DNA of 64,000 nucleotides, taken from Fidelibacterota bacterium. Lineage in GTDB: Bacteria; Fidelibacterota; Marinisomatia; Marinisomatales; TCS55. The notes under the pieces were generated by a model. That model was not told the origin of the DNA. It saw only the letters and a list, made by a program, of their open reading frames with translations, and did no database searches. The stretch lies in the NCBI GenBank assembly GCA_027251445.1, contig JAPNQO010000079.1:1-64000 (forward strand), given 5' to 3'. The translations under genes and the position numbers were made by a program. This document shows, in pieces, positions 1 to 9,268 of the stretch (within the stretch, counting starts at the first letter, position 1; each line of letters begins with the position of its first letter).

Positions 1-411
1 AATTCTAATACCATGGTCGGTCATATTGGTATTGAAATTTTGAAAGCTAATAAAGATTATGTTAGTGGCCGTATGCCAGTAGATAAAAGAACGATACAAC
101 CCTACGGATTACTTCATGGTGGTGCATCTGTTGCATTTGCTGAATCACTAGGAAGTTTTGCCGGAAGTTTACATATCAACTGGGAAAAAGAAGCTGTGGT
201 GGGTGTTGAAATAAATGCTAACCATTTAAAAAGCATTAGATCTGGTTGGGTCTTTGGAAAAGCAACACCCATAAAAATTGGAAAAAAAATACAAGTTTGG
301 AATATTGATATAACCAATGAAAAAGAAGATCTCATATGTATCAGTCGTTTAACTTTAGCTGTTATAAATCAAAAGAAAATTTTCAATCAAATTCAAAATA
401 AGGAAAAATAA
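1..411 (+). CDS. menI: Hotdog-fold thioesterase, probable 1,4-dihydroxy-2-naphthoyl-CoA hydrolase (MenI/YdiI-like); 5' end probably outside the window
   Basis: QPYGLLHGGAS..AESLGS and GVEINANHL motifs of PaaI/YdiI thioesterases; frame is open from base 1; stop overlaps the start of menA. Confidence 0.8.
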   Translation, partial: NSNTMVGHIGIEILKANKDYVSGRMPVDKRTIQPYGLLHGGASVAFAESLGSFAGSLHINWEKEAVVGVEINANHLKSIRSGWVFGKATPIKIGKKIQVWNIDITNEKEDLICISRLTLAVINQKKIFNQIQNKEK

Positions 412-1682
412 TGAGCGAAAAACTTAAAAGTGTTATCACATGTGATCTTGATGGGAAAATCGAAACATTAAGTGAAGGTGCTGTAAAATTATTTGGATAT
501 TCAGAGCGAGAAATGATCGGCAAGGGTCGTGTAAGCGACTTCAGTGATGGTCAGATAGTTTTAGGTCATGTTGCTAATTGGTTGAATGAGGCTGTTATAA
601 AAGGTGCATGGGAAGGGAATACGGTGTTTCTACATAAAAATGGCAAAGAGATACCCTGTCATATAAAAATTACCCCAACAAAAGGTAAAGAGGGTGAACA
701 TATTGGATATTGTGGTGTCACTACTCCACTTAAAAATAAAACCCCTGATGAAGTAAGACCTAAGATTAGCATATTAACAAAGATATTTACATGGATGGTA
801 ATTATGCGTCTTCCATTCTTAAGCGCAACCTTTGTCCCTATTTTTGCCGGTGCTGCAGTAACATCTATGCTCGGACAAGATGTAAGTTGGGGATGGCTTA
901 TGTTGACTCTGCTTGCTGGCTCATTACTACATATAGGTACAAATACATCCAATGATTATTTTGATCATATAAGTGGAACTGATGCCCGAAATTACAATTA
1001 TAGTAATAAAGGTTTGAATGGTGGTAGTAGGAGCATTCAGATGGGCCTAATTTCCCCTAAGGGCATCTTAACTGTCGCTATAATTGCATTTACTCTAAGT
1101 GCAGTTGCAGGAATTCCTCTAATCATAAAGTCTGGCTTATCAATTCTATGGCTAGGTTTAATTGGATTTTTTTCAGGCCTTTTTTATACTGCGCCTCCAT
1201 TCAAGTTTTCCTCTCGTAAAGGAATGGGTGAACTACTCATAGGTCTTAATTTTGGGCCATTAATGGTTGCTGGAAGTGCGCTTGTTCAAACCGGGCAACT
1301 TTTACCACAAGCTTTTTTAGCAGGGATCCCTATTGGATTTCTAATTGCGGCAGTAGTCTATATGAATGAGTTCCCTGATTATGATAGTGATAAAGCTACT
1401 GGTAAGAATACATTGATTGTTGTTTTTGGCCCAGAAAAAGCTAGAGCAGGGTATGTAGCATTAGTTGCTTCAGCATTTGCTAGCATAGTAATACTAGCTA
1501 TAAATGGAACTGTTCCTATGCTATCCTTAATAGCATTATTAGCAGTTTATTTTGGCTATACAGCAACTCGTACATTATACAAATATTACAATAATAGATT
1601 ACTACAACCTGCAAATTGGGGAACGATTATTATGCATAGTGTAACAGGTATTCTTTTTTGTATAGGAATGTGGAATGGATAG
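411..1682 (+). CDS. menA: PAS domain fused to 1,4-dihydroxy-2-naphthoate polyprenyltransferase (MenA, UbiA family)
   Basis: N-terminal ~110 aa PAS pattern (VITCDLDGKIETLSEGAVKLFGYSEREMIGK...HKNG..I....KITP); C-terminal MenA motifs NDYFD..SGTD, GGSR, YTAPP, GELL, NEFPDYDSD..TGKNTL with multiple TM helices. Confidence 0.88.
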   Translation: MSEKLKSVITCDLDGKIETLSEGAVKLFGYSEREMIGKGRVSDFSDGQIVLGHVANWLNEAVIKGAWEGNTVFLHKNGKEIPCHIKITPTKGKEGEHIGYCGVTTPLKNKTPDEVRPKISILTKIFTWMVIMRLPFLSATFVPIFAGAAVTSMLGQDVSWGWLMLTLLAGSLLHIGTNTSNDYFDHISGTDARNYNYSNKGLNGGSRSIQMGLISPKGILTVAIIAFTLSAVAGIPLIIKSGLSILWLGLIGFFSGLFYTAPPFKFSSRKGMGELLIGLNFGPLMVAGSALVQTGQLLPQAFLAGIPIGFLIAAVVYMNEFPDYDSDKATGKNTLIVVFGPEKARAGYVALVASAFASIVILAINGTVPMLSLIALLAVYFGYTATRTLYKYYNNRLLQPANWGTIIMHSVTGILFCIGMWNG

Positions 1683-1691
1683 AATAATGTA

Positions 1692-2534
1692 TTATTTCAA
1701 ATACATTATTTTGCGAGTTTCGCTAAATGAAGGAGTAGTTAATTTCAAAAAATAAACACCAGTAGGAAAAGCTGAAGCATCCCATTTTATACTATAACTT
1801 CCTGCGTAAAAATTATCTGAAACAAGTTTATCTATCCTTTCTCCTAATAAATTATAAACTGAAATATTAGTATAGTTCTGGTTAGATAGTTCAAAATTAA
1901 TAGTAACAGAAGGATTAAATGGATTAGGATAGCAATTCTGGATTCCTGGTCTAATTGGTACTGAAATATTTTCTAATGATAATGTTGATAAATCAGATAA
2001 TGAATTGTTTAATGCTGCTAGGAATTCATTTCCAAATGGTGGCATAATGTATCCGCGGGATGTGTATACAACTTCCATATTATGATTAATTAGCACATGG
2101 TGTGGAACAGTCCCTCTTGTAAACATATTTCGGATATCAGAACTGTTATCATCAATAATTGGGTATGAGACACCAAATGATTCTTGCCAACCTTTACATT
2201 CCATTGTTTCTCGCCAACCATTACCAATACCGATTGTAAAAAGACCTGAGTTAGAAAATTGTTCAGATATTGTTTGAGTATAAGATGCTTCTAGCTGGCA
2301 ACTTCGGCTAGTTGAATTGAAAAATACTAACCAAATAACATAATAATCTCCATAATTTTCAGTACCGTTATAATCATACAAAGAAATTGTCTGATTAATT
2401 TCCGAACATACGGCTCCGGAAAAATCAGATACTATATCTCCAACCCTATAGATTTGAGATGATAAAGCTGGCCCTATCTGTGCAGATAAAGTTGATAAAA
2501 TAAGTATTGCTGATATGATAATTTTCTTTTTCAT
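1692..2534 (-). CDS. Secreted redoxin/peroxiredoxin-fold protein with Por/FlgD-like C-terminal sorting domain
   Basis: Likely start at ATG 2534 (signal peptide MKKKIIISAILILSTLSA); VGDIVSDF..ISLYDY..W...SRSC..E, YPIIDD, VPHHVLI redoxin pattern; C-terminal YPNPFNP...GVYFLKL..RKIMYLK. Confidence 0.75.
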   Translation of the reverse strand: MKKKIIISAILILSTLSAQIGPALSSQIYRVGDIVSDFSGAVCSEINQTISLYDYNGTENYGDYYVIWLVFFNSTSRSCQLEASYTQTISEQFSNSGLFTIGIGNGWRETMECKGWQESFGVSYPIIDDNSSDIRNMFTRGTVPHHVLINHNMEVVYTSRGYIMPPFGNEFLAALNNSLSDLSTLSLENISVPIRPGIQNCYPNPFNPSVTINFELSNQNYTNISVYNLLGERIDKLVSDNFYAGSYSIKWDASAFPTGVYFLKLTTPSFSETRKIMYLK

Positions 2535-2625
2535 ATTATCCAATATTTCATTGATTTCACGGCTTGAATATAACGTTACATCTAAAAAAAGTTTGAAAAA
2601 ACTATTTTTTATTATTAGATAATTT

Positions 2626-5250
2626 TTAAAAACCAAGCTGTATTGAAATTGTTGGCGTAAAACCAAGCATTACAACATCCGTTGAAATAAAAGGATCTAC
2701 AGATAAATTATATGATCTATGGCTAATATTTTGTCGGTCAAATACGTTAAAAAATGATATTCCAACATCTAATTTCTTTTCTATGAATTTCATTGATCTA
2801 TTTAAACTAAGATCTATTCGTTTTATAGCTGGTAAACGTTTACTATTCCTTGTGCCTGGCTCTGCTTGTAGGGTATAATTTGCATTTTCATTTTCGCGTA
2901 TCATAAGATTATCATTTGGTGTATATACTCTTCCTGATGAAATAAGGCCTGTAACACTTAAAGTCCATTCCCCCAATGAACTAATTAAAGTTGATTTAAG
3001 CTCATGCGTTCTATCGTGATCAGCGAGAAAAATTTTTCCACCGTTTAGTTCTGGGAACTTACATTCTATAACACCATAACTATAGGAAGCCCATCCTGTT
3101 AAAAACCCATTCTTTTTACGAATGAATACTTCAAGACCATTTGCCTCACCATCGCCTTGAAAAATCAAATTATTAGTAATTTCATTATATGTATCAACAG
3201 GAAATACTATTTGAGAAAAATCTGAAATATTATTTAAAATTTTATTATACATATCAATACTCATAAATACATTTAATGAATTATACTCTATGCCAAATGT
3301 TTTTTGTAATGAATTCATTGGCTTCATGTAGTTATTTGGAATTAACCAAACAAACTTACTTCCATTAGTAATTAGATCGTTACTAAACCTATTTAGATAT
3401 TGATGTGTACGACTTCCCGATACTTTTATACTGAGATCACTTGATAAGCGATATGTAGCTATTAATCTTGGATCAAAATAATTTTCATCACTTTTACTAA
3501 ATTTTTCAGATCGAATTCCAAGTAATATTTCAATATGTGATGAAATATTCCATTTATCTTGAAAATAACTTTCAAAAAGATTTCCATTAATGCTTTCATC
3601 AATGAATATAACAGAATCACCCAACTGTACAGAATAGTCTGTTTTATAAGTAGTATTTGAAATACCTAATTCAATAGTATGATTTTGATTAATATTATAG
3701 ATTGAATTAAATCTATATGTTTTATCAGTAATTTGATTTTCATCTTGAGAAAGATAAACTGGAGTAGTGGTATTATCTAGATTCCAGTAGCTATTAAGTA
3801 GATGATTACTATGATATTTGGTATTGGAGAAAAATAATTGAGTGTTAACCTTATCTGACCAACGATGGAGCCATCTACCAGATATTCCATTATTTCCCCA
3901 TCTTGTTTTTTCATTTATTTGTACTTTATTAACTCCAATAGAATCTAATGGAAAGTCAAAGATCTTTTCTTCTCCTAAATAATCTTTACCTTCATAAAAT
4001 GAAATTGAAATGATATCTTTTTTTGTTGGTAAATATGTGAATTTTCCATTTATATCATAAAAATAGAAATTTGGTAAGTACTCTGAATTATATGATACGG
4101 TATCAGATGGTATTTCAGTGCCAATATTTAATCCAGTACCAGATGTTAAAAAATCGCAAATATTATCATGTAATTTTGTTTTATATTGATCAGTAAATGA
4201 TCGACGGGCAGCAAAAACTAAGCTACCACGTTTAGATAAAGGTTGCTGATAAGCAAAACCTGCGCTTAACATATTTGTGAAAAGGTCTAATTTCTTTTTT
4301 TTAGTGCTTCCAGACTTACCAGTAATATCAATGATACTTGATATAGCTCCTCCATATTTTGCAGGGAAGCCACTTCTATATATCTGCACATCTTTTACTA
4401 TGCTAGAATTAATTGAACTAAAGAATCCAAAAAAATGGTCTAATTGATATATTGTCATTCCATCAAGAATAATATGGTTTTGATCTGGTGTTCCACCACG
4501 TATATATAATCCAGCAAAACCAGTATTACCCATTTGAATTCCTGGTAATAACTGTAAAGATCGAAAAATATCACTTTCACCTATATTTGGGAGGTTTTTT
4601 ATATGTCTAGGAGAAAATGCTAGATCTGTAAAATTTGTAGATCGTTGTAAAAACTCAATCTGTTCACCATAAATATTGATACTTTCTGTTCCAATAATCT
4701 TTGGCATTAATTCATAATAAATAATATAATTATAATTGTGAATTTTTAGAGGATGGTATCCTATGTATGAAATAATTAATGTATCTGTTACATTTATTTC
4801 ACCAGATAAATTAAAGAATCCATATTCATCGCTCATTACACCCAAATATTTATCTTTTATGTATATGTTTGCGTGTGGTATAAATTCACCGGTATTACCA
4901 TCAACGACATATCCTGATATAGTTTTTTTATTTCTATTATTAATAATAATATACTGGGATTTATTTTTTTCCCAATCCAAAGAAGTGTTTTTCAATACGG
5001 AATTTATTGCTTCATCATTTGAGCAATTTTTACAATCTGCACTAATAATGATATCATTAACTAATTGATCTCTATATACTATATTTAAATCATAAATAGA
5101 AACCAATGAATCAAGCACATTCTTTAGTGATTTATCATTATAAGAAAAATTTATTGGAGACTGTTGGCTAAATATTAATGTAGTATTAAGGAATAAGAAT
5201 ATTCCAAGAATAGATAACGTATTAGTAAAAGATATATGTTTCCTTTTCAA
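2626..5250 (-). CDS. TonB-dependent receptor with N-terminal STN-like and carboxypeptidase-regulatory-like domains
   Basis: ISGYVVDGNTGEFIPHANI, plug motif LQLLPGI...LYIRGGTPDQN..LDG, FPAKYGG.ISSIIDI, C-terminal Phe. Confidence 0.9.
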   Translation of the reverse strand: MKRKHISFTNTLSILGIFLFLNTTLIFSQQSPINFSYNDKSLKNVLDSLVSIYDLNIVYRDQLVNDIIISADCKNCSNDEAINSVLKNTSLDWEKNKSQYIIINNRNKKTISGYVVDGNTGEFIPHANIYIKDKYLGVMSDEYGFFNLSGEINVTDTLIISYIGYHPLKIHNYNYIIYYELMPKIIGTESINIYGEQIEFLQRSTNFTDLAFSPRHIKNLPNIGESDIFRSLQLLPGIQMGNTGFAGLYIRGGTPDQNHIILDGMTIYQLDHFFGFFSSINSSIVKDVQIYRSGFPAKYGGAISSIIDITGKSGSTKKKKLDLFTNMLSAGFAYQQPLSKRGSLVFAARRSFTDQYKTKLHDNICDFLTSGTGLNIGTEIPSDTVSYNSEYLPNFYFYDINGKFTYLPTKKDIISISFYEGKDYLGEEKIFDFPLDSIGVNKVQINEKTRWGNNGISGRWLHRWSDKVNTQLFFSNTKYHSNHLLNSYWNLDNTTTPVYLSQDENQITDKTYRFNSIYNINQNHTIELGISNTTYKTDYSVQLGDSVIFIDESINGNLFESYFQDKWNISSHIEILLGIRSEKFSKSDENYFDPRLIATYRLSSDLSIKVSGSRTHQYLNRFSNDLITNGSKFVWLIPNNYMKPMNSLQKTFGIEYNSLNVFMSIDMYNKILNNISDFSQIVFPVDTYNEITNNLIFQGDGEANGLEVFIRKKNGFLTGWASYSYGVIECKFPELNGGKIFLADHDRTHELKSTLISSLGEWTLSVTGLISSGRVYTPNDNLMIRENENANYTLQAEPGTRNSKRLPAIKRIDLSLNRSMKFIEKKLDVGISFFNVFDRQNISHRSYNLSVDPFISTDVVMLGFTPTISIQLGF

Positions 5251-6103
5251 ATCTATATGACCGTTGAGATAGGATGGCTAAAGTTGTTAACACCCCATCT
5301 AAATCTTCAGCATCAATTACTCCAGTTATAGATATTTTGTTCAATTGATTGCTATCAAGTTTAATATTTACATTAAATTTACGTTCAATTTGATCACATA
5401 CCGTCTCAAGATTTGTTTTGTTCAAAATCAATTTATTATAAATCCACCCTGGGTATTCCGGATGCGGGATATGTTGAGGAGATAGAGAGCCGCTATCTAT
5501 GTAATGCCCTTTACTAACGGTTATACTTTCTGATTCTTGCTTTTCAATAATTGGAGTAAAGGCAACAGCCCCTTCATTAACCACAACTTCAATCATATTA
5601 TTTCTTGAGTTTATATTAAACTTAGTTCCTAGTACAGTAACTGAACCATTTTTTGTATTAACTATGAAAGGTGAATCTCCTTTTTCTACGTGGAAATATC
5701 CTTCTCCAATTAAATTAACTATTCGAGATTCTGAATTAAAGTTTCTCCTATATTTTAAAGAACTCTCAGAGTTAATTTTAATATAAGTACCATCAGATAA
5801 ATTAAATTCTTTTTGGCTTCCCCGTTCAGCATGTATAGAGACATGATATATTTTATCATAAATAAGCGGACTTGATAGAATAAAAATAACTAAAAAAGTA
5901 AACGCATAGGCAAGCCTGGGTTGAAAAGTAGGAAAAAATGATCTCGACCGAATTTTTGAAGGCAAAATTTCATTCTTATCAAGCTTTTGTTCTAAGCGCA
6001 TCCAAGCATCTGCAGTATCTACAGCTGCATTCGTTTTCAAATTACTAGTTGCATCCCAAATGGATCTTAAATCATCGGGTAATTTATTTTTAAAAGTTTT
6101 CAA
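5222..6103 (-). CDS. FecR-family anti-sigma factor
   Basis: Single TM helix, then LSDGT.I.INSES.L, R.V.L.GEGYF.V, VTVLGTKFNI FecR motifs; lies between the ECF sigma and TBDR genes. Confidence 0.9.
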   Translation of the reverse strand: MKTFKNKLPDDLRSIWDATSNLKTNAAVDTADAWMRLEQKLDKNEILPSKIRSRSFFPTFQPRLAYAFTFLVIFILSSPLIYDKIYHVSIHAERGSQKEFNLSDGTYIKINSESSLKYRRNFNSESRIVNLIGEGYFHVEKGDSPFIVNTKNGSVTVLGTKFNINSRNNMIEVVVNEGAVAFTPIIEKQESESITVSKGHYIDSGSLSPQHIPHPEYPGWIYNKLILNKTNLETVCDQIERKFNVNIKLDSNQLNKISITGVIDAEDLDGVLTTLAILSQRSYRFEKETYIFY

Positions 6104-6170
6104 TTAATTCCTCTATAAATTAATAAAATTTCTTTCCACGTATATATAACGATCATATATCTATAAATAC

Positions 6171-6716
6171 TTACAAATAGTTTGATAATTTGGAACGTAA
6201 TATTTTAAGGGCACGATATAATTGATTCTCAACAGTCCGACGTGAAATATTTAATAACTCAGCTATATCCTGATTTGGCAAACCATTAACTCTACTTAAA
6301 ATAAATATCTCTCTACATTTTTCTGGTAAATTATAATTAACTATCCTTTGTATTTTTTCTTCAAGTATCTTTGATTCATATTGATCAGCAGGATTATCCA
6401 TATCAGATTGTGTAGGTTCCGGTATAAAATCTTGATGGCGTATTTTAACATTTTCATGCCGAAAATAATCCATACATAGATTATTACTTATTTTTGCTAT
6501 ATAAGAAAAAAATGACTGGTTTGGCTTTATATTTTTTTTATGCTTCCACACACGAAGAAATGTTTCCTGAACAATATCATCAGCAATTACTTCATCTTTT
6601 AACCTATATAATACAAAATTAAATAATGATTGATGGTGTTTTGTAAATAAATCCCGGAATGAATTTTTATCAGCTTCTTTTAAGCGACTAAGTAACTCTT
6701 TATCATTCTTTGGCAT
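6171..6716 (-). CDS. ECF sigma-70 factor (FecI/Bacteroidota type)
   Basis: DIVQETFLRVW (region 2); LPEKCREIFILSR..G....IAELLNIS.RTVENQLYRAL (region 4). Confidence 0.92.
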   Translation of the reverse strand: MPKNDKELLSRLKEADKNSFRDLFTKHHQSLFNFVLYRLKDEVIADDIVQETFLRVWKHKKNIKPNQSFFSYIAKISNNLCMDYFRHENVKIRHQDFIPEPTQSDMDNPADQYESKILEEKIQRIVNYNLPEKCREIFILSRVNGLPNQDIAELLNISRRTVENQLYRALKILRSKLSNYL

Positions 6717-6794
6717 ATAGATGAATTATTTAAAGTTTGTGATTGAATTTACGTCTACAAATTACAAGATATAATTACTTGGATTAATACCTAC

Positions 6795-6825
6795 AAAAAA
6801 AAACGGACATTAACTTGTCCGTTTT
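6795..6825 (-). terminator. Intrinsic terminator downstream of tRNA-Asn
   Basis: 10-bp inverted repeat AAAACGGACA/TGTCCGTTTT with a 6-nt loop, followed on the minus strand by a T run. Confidence 0.8.
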
Positions 6826-6831
6826 AATTTG

Positions 6832-6904
6832 CTCCGGAGGAGGGACTCGAACCCCCGACAAAGTGGTTAACAGCCACCTGCTCTACCAACTGAGCTACTC
6901 CGGA
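6832..6904 (-). tRNA. tRNA-Asn (GTT); CCA not encoded
   Basis: Minus strand reads TCCGGAG TAGCTCAGTTGGTAGAGC AGGTGG CTGTTAA CCACT...GGTTCGAGTCC..CTCCGGA G, a full cloverleaf with anticodon GTT. Confidence 0.96.
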
Positions 6905-6964
6905 ATAATTGTTGTGATTTATAAGCGCAGCGAATTTATATTATTTTAATATTCCTTCAAATCT

Positions 6965-9055
6965 CTACATTTCTTTTTCAGCAATTAACATTTTACCCTT
7001 ATCAAACAGGCCATGGTCAATTTGATCTTCACTTAAATATACTTTTCCATCTTCGTTGTGAGGTTTTCCTATTTTAGAATGTATAGATTTTAAACCCCCT
7101 AACCATTTTCGCTTATCAGATAAATAAACTAAGTCCCCAACTTCAGCTCCTAATTTCAATAGATCATTTTTTGAAAACATAACTTCATCTTGTTCATGAT
7201 CAGACACAAAGAAATTTACCTCAACAGTCTCTCCAAGCTTTTCATTAACCTTAGATCCTTTAAATGCAAGTTTTGCTTCATTAATAGAATATACAGTAAG
7301 ACCCTTTGTTGATGATTCTTCATCGTAGTCACTGTAATAAGTAACAATTATTGGAACAAGAACAATAATAAATACAGGAAAAATAAATTGTAGAGAACTG
7401 AACCCAAGGATTGCTAATAAATAAACAACACCCGTAAATACTGATAATACCCACATAATGCTTTTACTATTTTTATTACTCTTAATTGTTGAAGCTATAT
7501 TTTTTTGTATAACAGTTGTTACAGTAACAAATACGCCTACACCCACACAAACTATAAGATTATAAAAGGCACGTATATACGAATATGGACGATCTGGATT
7601 CATTTCGATACCATGATCAAATGGAGAAATAAAAACTTCAGGAAACCTTGCTCCTAATATCATGAGAAGAACACCACCTAAAAATGTCGTAATTACCCCT
7701 GCAGGAGTAAATCTTTTCCAAAAAACGCCCATGAATATTGCGACTACCAAAGGAGGTGTTAAAGTTGAATGAAAATAACCATGGGCTTCATATACTGTGG
7801 GAAACTGTATAAAGGCTAGAACTGATAAAACTCCAGCTGCAGTAATTGCAATTGAAGTTATTCTTGCTGCAAATAACTCCTGTTTATCTTTTTGTTTATT
7901 ATTATCATACTTTTTCTTTAAATATTTCATTATAGGTCTGTATACATCATTTACAAATATTGCAGCTGTGGCATTAATTAATGTATCAACAGTTGACATT
8001 AAAGCTGCTGTAAGCGCAGCCATAATAAATCCAAATATCCCAGGACTAGTAACTATACTTGCAACAACAACAAATATTTCATCTGGACTGGTATTTGGAC
8101 TTACAATCCCAGGGTCCATAACAGACATGGCTTTACCAAGCCAACCTGCATTTCCAACAACAATTGCAGATAGAGGTAAAACAAATAATATATTTATAGT
8201 TGCTGCTTTACGACCTTCATTTACACTTTTACATGCCATAAATCGCATTAGTAAACCTTGGTTCATAAATAAGAAACCAACTGAGCCAGCAACAGCATCC
8301 TGCCAAAATATACCTACGAAATTAAAACTAGATGGTTCATTAAAATCTGCAAGGGGTAATTTCCAGGTTAACGGTAACAGATCCCAAAACTCTTGACCTC
8401 CACCCACATAAGTAATGCCAAGAATAAATAATAGAAATCCAGCAAAAAGTAATATAAATCCTTGTAGTAAATCTGTAAATATTACAGCTGTTTGACCTCC
8501 AAAAGTAATGTAAATACCTGTAATAATAGCAATGACAATTATAGCTCTCATTAATGTAATATCTACTATACTGCCAAAGATTTGAAACGATTCTGGAAGC
8601 ATTGGGATGACAGCCTTACCCAGAGTTAAAAACCCAATACCTATATAACCAATCATATAGAATAAAAGTAAAATTGTTGCCAAAAATCTTGCAGAAGGGT
8701 TAAATCTTTTTTCAAAATATTCTGGAATTGAACGAACTTTTGAATAAACTATTATTGGCAACCAACCAAACATAAAGAAAGGCACAAAAAACCAATCATT
8801 CAAATAAGTCATTGATGAGCTAAAACCATGCTCAAACCCTTTAGCAGAATATTTAACAAAACTATGGCTTCCTACTCCAGTAGCCACAATAGACATTGTT
8901 ATTAGCCACCAACTGAATCTTCTACCACCAAAAAAGAAGTCCGAAGTATCTTTAGTATATCTTCCAAAATAAGTTCCAAATGACATAATGGCTAAAAAAT
9001 AAATCACCATTACTATCCAATCAGTTGAAGTTCCTATGTTATGAAAAGTTTCCAT
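6965..9055 (-). CDS. Sodium:solute symporter (SSS) family protein with soluble C-terminal extension
   Basis: DFFFGGRRFSWW, SIPEYFEKRF, YITFGGQTAVIFTD..Q, AALMSTVD motifs; many TM helices. Confidence 0.92.
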   Translation of the reverse strand: METFHNIGTSTDWIVMVIYFLAIMSFGTYFGRYTKDTSDFFFGGRRFSWWLITMSIVATGVGSHSFVKYSAKGFEHGFSSSMTYLNDWFFVPFFMFGWLPIIVYSKVRSIPEYFEKRFNPSARFLATILLLFYMIGYIGIGFLTLGKAVIPMLPESFQIFGSIVDITLMRAIIVIAIITGIYITFGGQTAVIFTDLLQGFILLFAGFLLFILGITYVGGGQEFWDLLPLTWKLPLADFNEPSSFNFVGIFWQDAVAGSVGFLFMNQGLLMRFMACKSVNEGRKAATINILFVLPLSAIVVGNAGWLGKAMSVMDPGIVSPNTSPDEIFVVVASIVTSPGIFGFIMAALTAALMSTVDTLINATAAIFVNDVYRPIMKYLKKKYDNNKQKDKQELFAARITSIAITAAGVLSVLAFIQFPTVYEAHGYFHSTLTPPLVVAIFMGVFWKRFTPAGVITTFLGGVLLMILGARFPEVFISPFDHGIEMNPDRPYSYIRAFYNLIVCVGVGVFVTVTTVIQKNIASTIKSNKNSKSIMWVLSVFTGVVYLLAILGFSSLQFIFPVFIIVLVPIIVTYYSDYDEESSTKGLTVYSINEAKLAFKGSKVNEKLGETVEVNFFVSDHEQDEVMFSKNDLLKLGAEVGDLVYLSDKRKWLGGLKSIHSKIGKPHNEDGKVYLSEDQIDHGLFDKGKMLIAEKEM

Positions 9056-9058
9056 AGA

Positions 9059-9268
9059 CTATTGAAGAGCAAAATATGTGAACAAACCATGAACAATCAT
9101 AAACCAAGCATATCCTAAGAAAAAAACTTTCATCCAAGTACGATGATGCGATTTACTCAAATCAATTGCACCTGTTTTCCAAACAAGATATACACCAGAA
9201 AAAAAGAAAATTCCACCAACTCCATATAGATAAAGATACGGCAACCAAGAATGTGAAAAATAATCCAT
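9059..9268 (-). CDS. Small two-TM membrane protein, possible symporter partner
   Basis: 69 aa with two hydrophobic stretches; tightly packed between the HIT and SSS genes. Confidence 0.7.
   Translation of the reverse strand: MDYFSHSWLPYLYLYGVGGIFFFSGVYLVWKTGAIDLSKSHHRTWMKVFFLGYAWFMIVHGLFTYFALQ

Noticed and set aside
2535..2666. Extended N-terminus of the 1692..2666 ORF
   Set aside because: It overlaps the TBDR 3' end, and a clean signal peptide begins at ATG 2534.
1692..6830. ECF-FecR-TBDR block as a tRNA-integrated genomic island
   Set aside because: It lies 3' of tRNA-Asn, but I found no integrase, no duplicated tRNA 3' end and no obvious compositional shift.
7797..8396. 199-aa antisense ORF and the other short opposite-strand or nested ORFs in the track
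   Set aside because: They lie within well-supported genes and show no recognisable motifs, as expected for shadow ORFs.
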